Shown here: piece by piece, positions 8,308-15,205 of the stretch
How the letters are laid out: each line of letters opens with the position of its first letter
How positions within the stretch are numbered: the stretch's first letter is position 1
NCBI GenBank assembly: GCA_045542115.1
Contig: JAZQKK010000014.1
Coordinates: 338,790 to 402,789, forward strand
Length of the DNA: 64,000 nucleotides
From: Eubacteriales bacterium
GTDB taxonomy: Bacteria > Bacillota > Clostridia > Oscillospirales > UBA644
Direction: 5' to 3'
Position numbers and translations under genes: made by a program
The notes under the pieces: model-generated
The model's input: the letters and a program-made list of their open reading frames with translations, nothing else
Told to the model about the DNA's origin: nothing
Databases searched by the model: none

Positions 8308-9202
8308 ATCCTCTCGGTTTAAATGAGTCTCCTTCAAAGGGGATGATCTCGGCGGCGTCGGTCTTGTACATAACCACCGACATATACCAAAACCCATTAT
8401 ACTCATCGTATCGTGGGTAGGTGCGCAGAAGCCGGTACCCGGGCGCTTTTGTCTGCCAATATCGGGCATCGTCCATCAGCTTGGTAGCCATCTTCTCTAC
8501 AGTGGCGGCGGAGATTCTTCCGTCCTTTTGAGAGACGTCTGGTTTTTTCATATTTTTGGAGCAGCTGAATTTCTTTTTTCCCCGGGGGCACTTAGACATA
8601 TATCGGGCGGCGGCTTCCGGACCAAACCGTTCCGGCTGGAAATAATCACAGCTTACTTGAACGCCTTTCTTCCAGATTCGCTCCATCGTCCGCGGATCCA
8701 AGCCCCCGGTAATGAACAAATGGGAGTGCCAGTTCGCCCGTCCCCGATACGGGCCCCGCTGGTACGTAATCCGCTCCAGGGTATACGCCGTCTTTATTGG
8801 TTGGCGCAGCCGGCGCCGCTTTGCCATCAGCTCCCGGCGAAGCTCTTTCAGAGAGCTGTCGGGCGGCAATGCCCTTAACTGCTTTTCCACCTTCTTCAGC
8901 TCGGACGCACGTTTGGTTCGAATCCGACGGAAGTAGTTTCCAATGTCTTTCCGAGCCTCTTCCTCTGACTGAGGAGCAGCCTCGGCGGCGTAGGTGATGC
9001 CCATAAAGTAATCCTGCGTGTCAAAATTGGCGTTGATTAACCGCACGAACCGCTTAACCGATTCTCGTTCATTGTACAGCGCCTTTTTTTCGGGGGGCGG
9101 TTTCTTTCTGGGTACCGCACGACCCGACGGGGAGAACACAGGGTAATAATCTATTTCGAGAAGCGGCCCGGACTTGGTACGCTTCTCCCGTATGGTCTGC
9201 AT
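8264..9202 (-). CDS. HUH rolling-circle replication initiator (Rep)
   Basis: 312 aa. Motif 1 FMGITY, HUH motif WHSHLFITG, Tyr motif AARYMSK, in the canonical order. Confidence 0.75.
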   Translation of the reverse strand: MQTIREKRTKSGPLLEIDYYPVFSPSGRAVPRKKPPPEKKALYNERESVKRFVRLINANFDTQDYFMGITYAAEAAPQSEEEARKDIGNYFRRIRTKRASELKKVEKQLRALPPDSSLKELRRELMAKRRRLRQPIKTAYTLERITYQRGPYRGRANWHSHLFITGGLDPRTMERIWKKGVQVSCDYFQPERFGPEAAARYMSKCPRGKKKFSCSKNMKKPDVSQKDGRISAATVEKMATKLMDDARYWQTKAPGYRLLRTYPRYDEYNGFWYMSVVMYKTDAAEIIPFEGDSFKPRGYDEYENTYLHRSGP

Positions 9203-9232
9203 CGGTGCCTCCTTTCGCGTCGGAATGTCTTT

Positions 9233-9289
9233 GGGGTGCCGGGGGAGCAGGGTTCTGTCATCGCCCCTTCCCTACTCCCCCGGCTCCCC
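9233..9289. repeat. GC-rich imperfect inverted repeat (20-nt arms, 17-nt loop) about 30 nt upstream of rep
   Basis: GGGGTGCCGGGGGAGCAGGG (9233-9252) pairs with CCCTACTCCCCCGGCTCCCC (9270-9289); two mismatched positions. Confidence 0.7.
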
Positions 9290-9423
9290 CTCTTCCCTTG
9301 GAGGCGATAGAGAAATAAGAAAAGGGCATTTTTGAATACTTTGCACCCTGAATATCGTCGACTTATAGGGATACATTTCCAGCTCCCTAAGGGGTGGTCA
9401 ATCCCTTGTTTTTTTTAACGACC

Positions 9424-9452
9424 TTGACAAAGCACCGATATTATGTTATAAT
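9424..9452 (+). promoter_or_regulatory. Consensus sigma-70 promoter pointing against the early operon
   Basis: TTGACA (9424-9429), 17-nt spacer, TATAAT (9447-9452). Confidence 0.6.
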
Positions 9453-9458
9453 AAGGAT

Positions 9459-9515
9459 GGTATTTGGTGTGCTTTGTCACATCCGTGGAGTCCGGCTCGT
9501 CCGGGCTCCTTTTTT
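9459..9515 (+). ncRNA. Candidate ~55-nt antisense RNA (promoter plus intrinsic terminator)
   Basis: Starts just after the 9424-9452 promoter. Ends at hairpin GGAGTCCGG-ctcgt-CCGGGCTCC (9487-9509) plus TTTTTT. No credible ORF. Antisense to the leader between ORF 9514-9822 and rep. Confidence 0.4.
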
Positions 9516-9822
9516 ATACGTTCGTTTTGATTTTGTCGGGATCGAAGGTCGAATACTTCGGATAAGCCAGAAAGCATTCTTCCTTGATCCGCACAACGCC
9601 CCCACCGTGTTTAGCAAAACACCAAAGCAGTTGCTCGTCCGTAGGGTATACGTCGAAGATTTCCTGGGTAACGTATTTCGCTCCCTCTTTCCCGGGAGTT
9701 TCGCTCCATATTTCAACCACGTACCGACGACCGATGTCAGCATCTTCTAAGCGTTTGGGAAACTCTACCACATCCACCGTGGGATCGTTATCGAAAAACT
9801 CACCGTCTCTTTTGATAAACAT
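9514..9822 (-). CDS. Hypothetical phage protein
   Basis: Start at ATG 9822 (MFIKRDGEFF...); alternative start at 9846. Confidence 0.55.
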   Translation of the reverse strand: MFIKRDGEFFDNDPTVDVVEFPKRLEDADIGRRYVVEIWSETPGKEGAKYVTQEIFDVYPTDEQLLWCFAKHGGGVVRIKEECFLAYPKYSTFDPDKIKTNV

Positions 9823-9964
9823 TCTGTTCACCCCATTTCTTTTCAAATTTTTCTATCACAGGTGCAATCAGCCAAACAAGACCGTACACCACATAGAACA
9901 AAAGAATCATTCCTCCCAGAAATGCCAAGGTATATCCGAGATCGCTTACCATTACTTCGTTCAT
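9800..9964 (-). CDS. 54-aa single-pass membrane protein
   Basis: Own translation: MNEVMVSDLGYTLAFLGGMILLFYVVYGLVWLIAPVIEKFEKKWGEQNVYQKRR. AGGAGGAA RBS. Below the ORF-track size cutoff. Confidence 0.5.
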   Translation of the reverse strand: MNEVMVSDLGYTLAFLGGMILLFYVVYGLVWLIAPVIEKFEKKWGEQNVYQKRR

Positions 9965-10218
9965 GTTGAATTCCTCCTGTTTTTAGGTCCGGGGCAGTTT
10001 TGATAATGCAGCCGATATGCCAAGCCGTCCGCAACACCCATTCCGATATAAGTGGTACCGCGAATCCTTTGCCCCGTGGAAAGCATCAAAACCTCCCGTC
10101 CGTTTGGAATCTCTCGATAAGGGACCGCCTCTGGGTCACACTTTACCTCGTATCCCTCGGACATTATGTAGATTACCGGAGCTTTGCACCACCGGCACCG
10201 CATATCCTTACTGGCCAT
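9961..10218 (-). CDS. Hypothetical Cys-containing phage protein
   Basis: 85-aa ORF (CRWC ... HYQNC) in the operon. Confidence 0.55.
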   Translation of the reverse strand: MASKDMRCRWCKAPVIYIMSEGYEVKCDPEAVPYREIPNGREVLMLSTGQRIRGTTYIGMGVADGLAYRLHYQNCPGPKNRRNST

Positions 10219-10220
10219 GA

Positions 10221-10466
10221 CTATCTCCTTTCCCGAAGATCCAGCTTGAACAAGTTTTCGATCAAGTCAATCTTGTCATCTCTCGTCCAACGCTGACCGG
10301 CACAGATATCGTTCAGCTCTTTTACCGTCAGTTCCTCAGGGTGCCGCATACGGTCATACAGCTTCGTCTGTCCCATCCCGCCCATGGCGGCGATCTCCGG
10401 TACGCCCTTGCCTCGCAGATCTGCATACTTGCCGACCAGGGCTTTGAATAACGTTCCTTTTTGCAT
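10221..10466 (-). CDS. Hypothetical phage protein (possible HTH)
   Basis: Start at ATG 10466 (MQKGTLFKALVGKYADLRGKG...); the track start is a TTG. Confidence 0.5.
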   Translation of the reverse strand: MQKGTLFKALVGKYADLRGKGVPEIAAMGGMGQTKLYDRMRHPEELTVKELNDICAGQRWTRDDKIDLIENLFKLDLRERR

Positions 10467-10488
10467 CGGATCACATCCTTTCAAATTC

Positions 10489-10677
10489 TTATACGTTTAG
10501 GATTTTGTGACATTCTTCCAGCACCCGTTTTGCCTTGGGAGAAACCAACACGCCCCGAAGGGTGCGGGACATTTCCGACGGCGTCACGTGAAGCCCTCGC
10601 TCCCGCAATTCCAAGATCAGGCTCTCCTGGGTGATCCCTTGACGCCACATCATTTCTCGCATATCTTGATTCGGCAC
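10489..10677 (-). CDS. Small Cro/XRE-like HTH regulator
   Basis: 62 aa. GITQESLILELRERGLHVTPSEMSRTL resembles an HTH. Second gene of the leftward early operon. Confidence 0.5.
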   Translation of the reverse strand: MPNQDMREMMWRQGITQESLILELRERGLHVTPSEMSRTLRGVLVSPKAKRVLEECHKILNV

Positions 10678-10678
10678 C

Positions 10679-11011
10679 TCAACACACTCCTTTCCTACTT
10701 AAATATCCTGCGTAACGCGTATGACAAACCCGATTCCAAAATCCCGGCTTGCACCCGACCTTCCAATACCGATTCCGTCTTGCTCCTTCTTCGGCATACA
10801 TCAGATCTAACTGATCCTCGGACAAACCGTCGTAGATCGTAACGCCCAACCGTTCTTCCAACTCTTTGTTTCGGTTCATTTCCAATCGATCCCGATACGT
10901 AACGACCCGCCCCAACTCCGCTTTCAATTTCCGATTCACAACTCTACTCATATCCAAAGTTCCTTTCTTGACTTTTTTCGATTTATATGTTATACTACGT
11001 TTAGGAAACAT
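10679..11011 (-). CDS. First gene of the leftward early operon, hypothetical
   Basis: ATG 11011 (MFPKRSITYK...) or ATG 10951 (MSRVVNRK...). The upstream part of the 197-aa track ORF crosses the promoter/operator region and is rejected. Confidence 0.45.
   Translation of the reverse strand: MFPKRSITYKSKKVKKGTLDMSRVVNRKLKAELGRVVTYRDRLEMNRNKELEERLGVTIYDGLSEDQLDLMYAEEGARRNRYWKVGCKPGFWNRVCHTRYAGYLSRKGVC
10968..10996 (+). promoter_or_regulatory. Rightward promoter toward the repressor gene
   Basis: TTGACT (10968-10973), 17 nt, TATACT (10991-10996). A weaker TTTACA-17-TAGTGA lies at 11088-11116. Confidence 0.5.
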
Positions 11012-11033
11012 CGTGTTTCCTGTTTGTGGTATC

Positions 11034-11062
11034 ATTATATCACAGAATTTCGGTGATGTCAA
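11034..11062 (-). promoter_or_regulatory. Leftward (lytic/early) consensus promoter whose spacer is operator O1
   Basis: Minus strand TTGACA-17 nt-TATAAT. The 17-nt spacer (11040-11056) is exactly the palindromic site TCACCGAAATTCTGTGA. Confidence 0.65.
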
Positions 11063-11099
11063 TACTATTTCTGTTATTTTCTGTGATTTTACAAAATGT

Positions 11100-11116
11100 T
11101 CACAGAATTTTAGTGA
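11100..11116. promoter_or_regulatory. Operator O2 (second copy of the 17-bp TCAC-N9-GTGA site)
   Basis: TCACAGAATTTTAGTGA versus O1 TCACAGAATTTCGGTGA (15/17 identical), just upstream of the repressor RBS. A half-site TTCTGTGA lies at about 11079-11086. Confidence 0.6.
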
Positions 11117-11130
11117 AAGGATGATCTGCG

Positions 11131-11831
11131 AAATGTTCAATCGAATTAAACACTTGTGCGATACAAAAAAAATTTCCCCTTCAAAATTAGCCATTACACT
11201 CGGATATAGCAAGAACATATTTACCGAATTAAAATCCGGACGCACAAAATCTTTACCCCTTGAAAAAGTCACGAAAATTGCGAATTACTTCGAAGTATCT
11301 CCCCAATACATTCTGTTTGGGGCATCTCCCGATATAATCAAACTCGGCGACGACGCGGCAGAAGTTGTAGGTAAAGAAAAAAGCGTCCGCCAACCCCAAG
11401 GGTCAGCGGACACAAACACCGTTACCGTAATAGATTATTCTGTTATAGGAAAAGTTCGTGCCGGATACGGCGGAATGGCACAGGAAGAATACACCGACGA
11501 GACCTGCCCTATCCCTTCCGAATATATTAAAGGACACGAAAAAGATGAATTCTTCGTTCTGCGGATCTCCGGGAACTCCATGTACCCGAAACTTTTAGAC
11601 GGAGACAAGGTTCTCGTTCAACGTTGCACTTCCGTAGATTCGGGCGCCGTCGCCATCGTTTTGTATGATTCCGAAGAGGCAACCGTCAAAACCGTTCGCT
11701 ATGCCCCGAACCAAGATTGGGTCGAACTAATCCCCACGAACCCCGAATACCAAACCAAACGCATCGAAGGTCCCGACCTTCTCAAAGTGCAAATCCTCGG
11801 CAAAGTCACAAAACTTATTCGAGACATCTAA
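11131..11831 (+). CDS. LexA/CI-like phage repressor (XRE HTH + S24 peptidase)
   Basis: HTH ISPSKLAITLGYSKNIFTELKSGR. C-terminal ISGNSMYPKLLDGDKVLV plus a downstream Lys, typical of S24 self-cleaving repressors. Alternative ATG at 11143. The N-terminal 88 aa of the track ORF is rejected. Confidence 0.85.
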
Positions 11832-11853
11832 ATAAGAAAGAAGGCTCTAAAAA

Positions 11854-13509
11854 ATGGGGGCTTTAATTTTAGTTATATTTATTGCTATCGTTATAATCAT
11901 CTATCTTATAAAAAAAATTAATGAATTATCTTCCGACAATACAAATCTAAGATCCACAAACTTTGAAATTACAAAAAACCTTCGTGAACAAAAAGAACAG
12001 TTTGAAGAGAAAGAAAAACTGTACAAAAATCAAATTTCAAAAAAAGAGATCGAACAAAAAAAATTGCTAAAAACTCTTCTTGTCGCAAAAAAGAAGTGTG
12101 ACATTGAAATAGATGATCAAATTGAATCCCTTATAAAAGAAGACTACTCAATACTCGGAACTTCTACATTTTCAGTCGAAGAACACATAGCCACCCTCAT
12201 GGCTGATTATTATACTGCAGAAATTGAATCAGCGGAACAAACCCTTCGAGAGAACAAAAAAATACACAGGTCTCTCCTTGTTGGAGAGATCCGAAAAGAT
12301 GCTGAGGACAAAATTAAAAAAAGCCATTTTCGATACTACACAACTCATCTTCTGTTGTCAACAATATTACTTGACCACCCGGAAATTGATATTCTAAAAT
12401 ATCAAAACGTAGGGTTCGGTATCGATAATTTAGGTTTTAATATTTGGGAACAAGAACCTCATATCGAGTTTCAGGTTCTACTTGAAAATTACACAAACCA
12501 TATAGACAAATGCATTGGAGCACTGAAGGACTCCGTTGATGAATATAAATCTCAATATAGTTCAAATCTTACCGCTATTCCTTGGATGGCAAGATTTGTG
12601 GCTGATATTTCAACCATAGACCTGGAAAGAATTGCTCTTTCTCTTTCTTGGGGAGAAAACCAAGAGAGAAAAAAGAAAGTTGCCAGTATTAATGAGTTGA
12701 AAAAAGAGACAAGAGATCGTATCGAAAATATGAAGTGGGCAGAATACCAACTCGCATATCTGCTTGAGCTATATCCAGCATTACAAGACGTGATAGAAAC
12801 AGAATTCAACGAACTTTCAGTTTCTTTCAATGAAATAACAGATTATGACCCTGTAAGGAAGTACTTATCACACGAAGAATGGATCAATTTATCAGAGTCA
12901 GAACGAAATCAAATGGCACTGGACCGCTATGTTGAATCTCGAAAAAAATCAAAATGGCAAATTGGTCGAGATTACGAATTGTATTGTGGGTACTGTTATG
13001 AGCAACAGGGGTATGAGGTTCAATATTACGGAACCCTCAAAGGTATTGACGACCTCGGAAGAGATTTAATTGTAACCGATGGAGAAAAGACCATTATAGC
13101 ACAATGCAAATATTGGTCTCAACACAAGGAAATTCACGAAAACCACATTATGCAACTCTACGGATCCATTGTTGAATACAATATCGAAAACAGCGCTAAG
13201 CCAAAAGCAAAGGGAGTTTTAATTACAAACATTTCACTTTCTGAAAGAGCTAAACAATTTGCGGAAGCATTAAATATAACGTATGCCGAAAATATCCCCA
13301 TGAAAAACTTCCCTCGAATCAAATGCAACATCGGAAAAGATGAAAACGGAAAACCCACCCGCATATACCACCTGCCAATGGATTTGAATTATGATCAGAC
13401 TGTTATCTGCAATCCGGGAGAAATGTTAGCAATGACAGTAAAAGAGGCGGAAGATGCAGGTTTTCGCCGAGCGTATAGGTGGCATGGGGGAGAGTCCATC
13501 TCAACCTAA
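11854..13509 (+). CDS. Membrane-anchored coiled-coil protein with C-terminal Mrr-like (PD-(D/E)xK) restriction-endonuclease domain
   Basis: 551 aa. N-terminal TM GALILVIFIAIVIIIYLI and a K/E-rich coiled coil. WQIGRDYELYCGYCYEQQGYEVQYYGTLKGIDDLGRDLIVTDGEKTIIAQCKYW matches the Mrr_cat pattern (G..FE...GY.V...DgGiD....vQcK). Begins 22 nt after the repressor stop. Strongly AT-rich. Confidence 0.65.
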   Translation: MGALILVIFIAIVIIIYLIKKINELSSDNTNLRSTNFEITKNLREQKEQFEEKEKLYKNQISKKEIEQKKLLKTLLVAKKKCDIEIDDQIESLIKEDYSILGTSTFSVEEHIATLMADYYTAEIESAEQTLRENKKIHRSLLVGEIRKDAEDKIKKSHFRYYTTHLLLSTILLDHPEIDILKYQNVGFGIDNLGFNIWEQEPHIEFQVLLENYTNHIDKCIGALKDSVDEYKSQYSSNLTAIPWMARFVADISTIDLERIALSLSWGENQERKKKVASINELKKETRDRIENMKWAEYQLAYLLELYPALQDVIETEFNELSVSFNEITDYDPVRKYLSHEEWINLSESERNQMALDRYVESRKKSKWQIGRDYELYCGYCYEQQGYEVQYYGTLKGIDDLGRDLIVTDGEKTIIAQCKYWSQHKEIHENHIMQLYGSIVEYNIENSAKPKAKGVLITNISLSERAKQFAEALNITYAENIPMKNFPRIKCNIGKDENGKPTRIYHLPMDLNYDQTVICNPGEMLAMTVKEAEDAGFRRAYRWHGGESIST

Positions 13510-13517
13510 CACGTTAG

Positions 13518-13550
13518 CGGCAAGTTACCGGCAAGTTACCGGCAAGTTAA
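13518..13550. repeat. Three tandem 11-bp direct repeats (CGGCAAGTTAC) just upstream of int
   Basis: cggcaagttac cggcaagttac cggcaagttaa, read directly; ends 17 nt before the int ATG. Confidence 0.9.
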
Positions 13551-13567
13551 ATTGAAAGGAGCCGACT

Positions 13568-14602
13568 ATGGCATACAAAATTGAAACACTTCCCTCCGGC
13601 TCCAAGCGGATTCGGATCAGTTACAAGGATGAACTCGGGAACTACAGACAGAAATCCGTTACCGGAAAGACCGAAAAGGAGGCCCTGCAGAAAGCCCTCC
13701 AGTTTGAAGAAGAGGTAAAACACACCGAATCGCCGGACGGAATCTCCGTGATCGACGCCGTGAAGGAATATATCAACCTGAACCGCCACGCCCTCTCCCC
13801 CACCACGATCAGCCAATACGAGAGTATGGTAAAGAACCGTTTTGAAAATCTGAAAAACGTCTCCGTGGATCGGATCACAGATCGCATCGTGCAGAACTGG
13901 ATCAACGATATGATCCTGCGGGGGCTCTCCCCGAAATCCATCAAGAACACCTACGCCCTCCTTCTCCCTGCAATCCAAAGATACACGTCATTCGTCCCCC
14001 GGATCTCTCTCCCTCAAACCCGAGAATTCATTCACCAATACCCCCAAGACTATGAGGTGGAAAAAATCATTACCGCCGCACGGGGAACCCCATTGGAGCT
14101 CCCGATCCTTTTGGCCGCCTTCGGAGGAATGAGAATGTCCGAAGTCCTCGGCCTGAAATGGAGCGACGTCAAAGACGATCATATTATCGTTCAACGGGCG
14201 AGGGTCTACGTAGACGGATTTGAGGTGGAGAAGATTACCAAGTCAAAATCCGGCACCCGATATCTTCCCCTTTTCGCCCCGATCAAAGATGCGCTGGACA
14301 GAACCGACCGAACCGGAGACTATATTGTCAACCGAACCGCCCGCAGCATTAAGAAACGGTACGAAACCCTCCTTAAGAATCTCGACCTTCCGCCCTACCG
14401 CTTCCACGATCTCCGGCACCACGCCGCATCGGTCGGAGCAAAGCTCGGAATCCCCGACGATTACATGAAACAATATATCGGCCACTCCACCGTCAATATG
14501 CTGAAACGATACCAGCATCAAATGGAATCCGCAACATCCCAATACGCCCAGACACTCAACACCTATTTTACCACGGCAAGCACCGGCACCGACGATGAAT
14601 AA
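13568..14602 (+). CDS. int: Tyrosine-type integrase
   Basis: 344 aa. RMSEVLGLKWSD (Arg I), FHDLRHHAAS (H-x-x-R), IGHSTVNMLKRYQH (His...Tyr). Confidence 0.9.
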   Translation: MAYKIETLPSGSKRIRISYKDELGNYRQKSVTGKTEKEALQKALQFEEEVKHTESPDGISVIDAVKEYINLNRHALSPTTISQYESMVKNRFENLKNVSVDRITDRIVQNWINDMILRGLSPKSIKNTYALLLPAIQRYTSFVPRISLPQTREFIHQYPQDYEVEKIITAARGTPLELPILLAAFGGMRMSEVLGLKWSDVKDDHIIVQRARVYVDGFEVEKITKSKSGTRYLPLFAPIKDALDRTDRTGDYIVNRTARSIKKRYETLLKNLDLPPYRFHDLRHHAASVGAKLGIPDDYMKQYIGHSTVNMLKRYQHQMESATSQYAQTLNTYFTTASTGTDDE

Positions 14603-14650
14603 AAAAGCCCCCGAAGATCGTTCCAGAAAAGAACCTCTCCGGGGGTTTCG

Positions 14651-14693
14651 TGTCAGAATTCGTGGCAGAATCGTTCTCCAATATGGCAGAATT
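14651..14693. repeat. Three direct copies of TG(T/G)CAGAAT between int and the tRNA (candidate arm-type sites)
   Basis: tgtcagaat at 14651, tggcagaat at 14663, tggcagaat at 14684. Confidence 0.5.
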
Positions 14694-14765
14694 TCATACA
14701 TTTTTTCGCACTATTTTCCACCCTGCCGGAATCTCGAAAATCCAGCAAACCACTGCAAATACAAG

Positions 14766-14798
14766 AAAATCCCGGAATCGTTGAGATTCCGGGATTTT
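14766..14798. terminator. Hairpin terminator downstream of tRNA-Ala
   Basis: AAAATCCCGGAATC-gttga-GATTCCGGGATTTT. Confidence 0.65.
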
Positions 14799-14804
14799 GT
14801 CTTT

Positions 14805-14880
14805 TGGTGGAGCGTAGGGGATTCGACCCCCTGACCCCAACACTGCCAGTGTTGTGCGCTACCAACTGCGCTAACGCCCC
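14805..14880 (-). tRNA. tRNA-Ala (anticodon GGC), CCA encoded
   Basis: Reverse complement GGGGCGTTAGCGCAGTTGGTAGCGCACAACACTGGCAGTGTTGGGGTCAGGGGGTCGAATCCCCTACGCTCCACCA folds as a cloverleaf. Anticodon loop is CTGGCAG. G3:U70 pair present. Confidence 0.9.
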
Positions 14881-14901
14881 ATATTTAATTATGTAAGCAA
14901 T

Positions 14902-14939
14902 CAAAGCAAAAGACTGACTGAAACGGCAGTCTTTTGCTT
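14902..14939 (-). terminator. Hairpin downstream of tRNA-Ser
   Basis: CAAAGCAAAAGACTG ... CAGTCTTTTGCTTTG. Confidence 0.55.
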
Positions 14940-15030
14940 TGGCGGAGATGGAGAGATTTGAACTCTCGCGCCGGTCTCCCGACCTACACCCTTAGCAGGG
15001 GCGCCTCTTCACCAACTTGAGTACATCTCC
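14940..15030 (-). tRNA. tRNA-Ser (anticodon GCU), long variable arm, CCA encoded
   Basis: Reverse complement GGAGATGTACTCAAGTTGGTGAAGAGGCGCCCCTGCTAAGGGTGTAGGTCGGGAGACCGGCGCGAGAGTTCAAATCTCTCCATCTCCGCCA. Anticodon loop CTGCTAA, T-loop TTCAAAT. Confidence 0.9.
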
Positions 15031-15056
15031 GTACTCTCGACTGCTGATACCCGTAT

Positions 15057-15085
15057 ATTATACCCGATTTTAAGGTTTTTGTCAA
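15057..15085 (-). promoter_or_regulatory. Consensus promoter for the tRNA genes
   Basis: Minus strand TTGACA-17 nt-TATAAT, about 20 nt upstream of tRNA-Ser. Confidence 0.6.
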
Positions 15086-15205
15086 GAGGTTTCGCCCCTT
15101 TATTTGTGACGTTTTTGCAAAACATATTATGGAGCGTTTTGCCAGGCGGTGGTCGTTCCTTCCATTCAGTGCGATTTTCGAAGAAGACCGATTTGATGCA
15201 GGCGG

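Larger units (their letters stand above)
1..14804. mobile_element. Prophage, right-hand part (continues beyond window start): packaging, early/replication, lysogeny switch, moron, integrase next to tRNA-Ala
   Basis: Contiguous phage gene set (portal, TerL, TerS, late regulator, MTase, HUH Rep, Cro-like HTH, LexA/CI-like repressor, tyrosine integrase 13568-14602). tRNA-Ala 3' end lies at 14805. Confidence 0.85.

Noticed and set aside
9394-9750. 118-aa plus-strand ORF starting near the antisense promoter
   Set aside because: The intrinsic terminator at 9487-9515 would stop transcription early. The rest is antisense to ORF 9514-9822.
10866-11130. N-terminal 88 codons of the 321-aa repressor ORF, and the first about 87 codons of minus ORF 10679-11272
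   Set aside because: Both run across the promoter/operator region. The HTH begins after ATG 11131/11143, and the minus-strand promoter start lies at about 11027.
13518-13550. Possible CRISPR-like array (also checked for 49886-50003)
   Set aside because: The units are 11 nt and 18 nt with no spacers, the second set is in-frame coding, and no cas genes are present. They are tandem repeats, not CRISPR.
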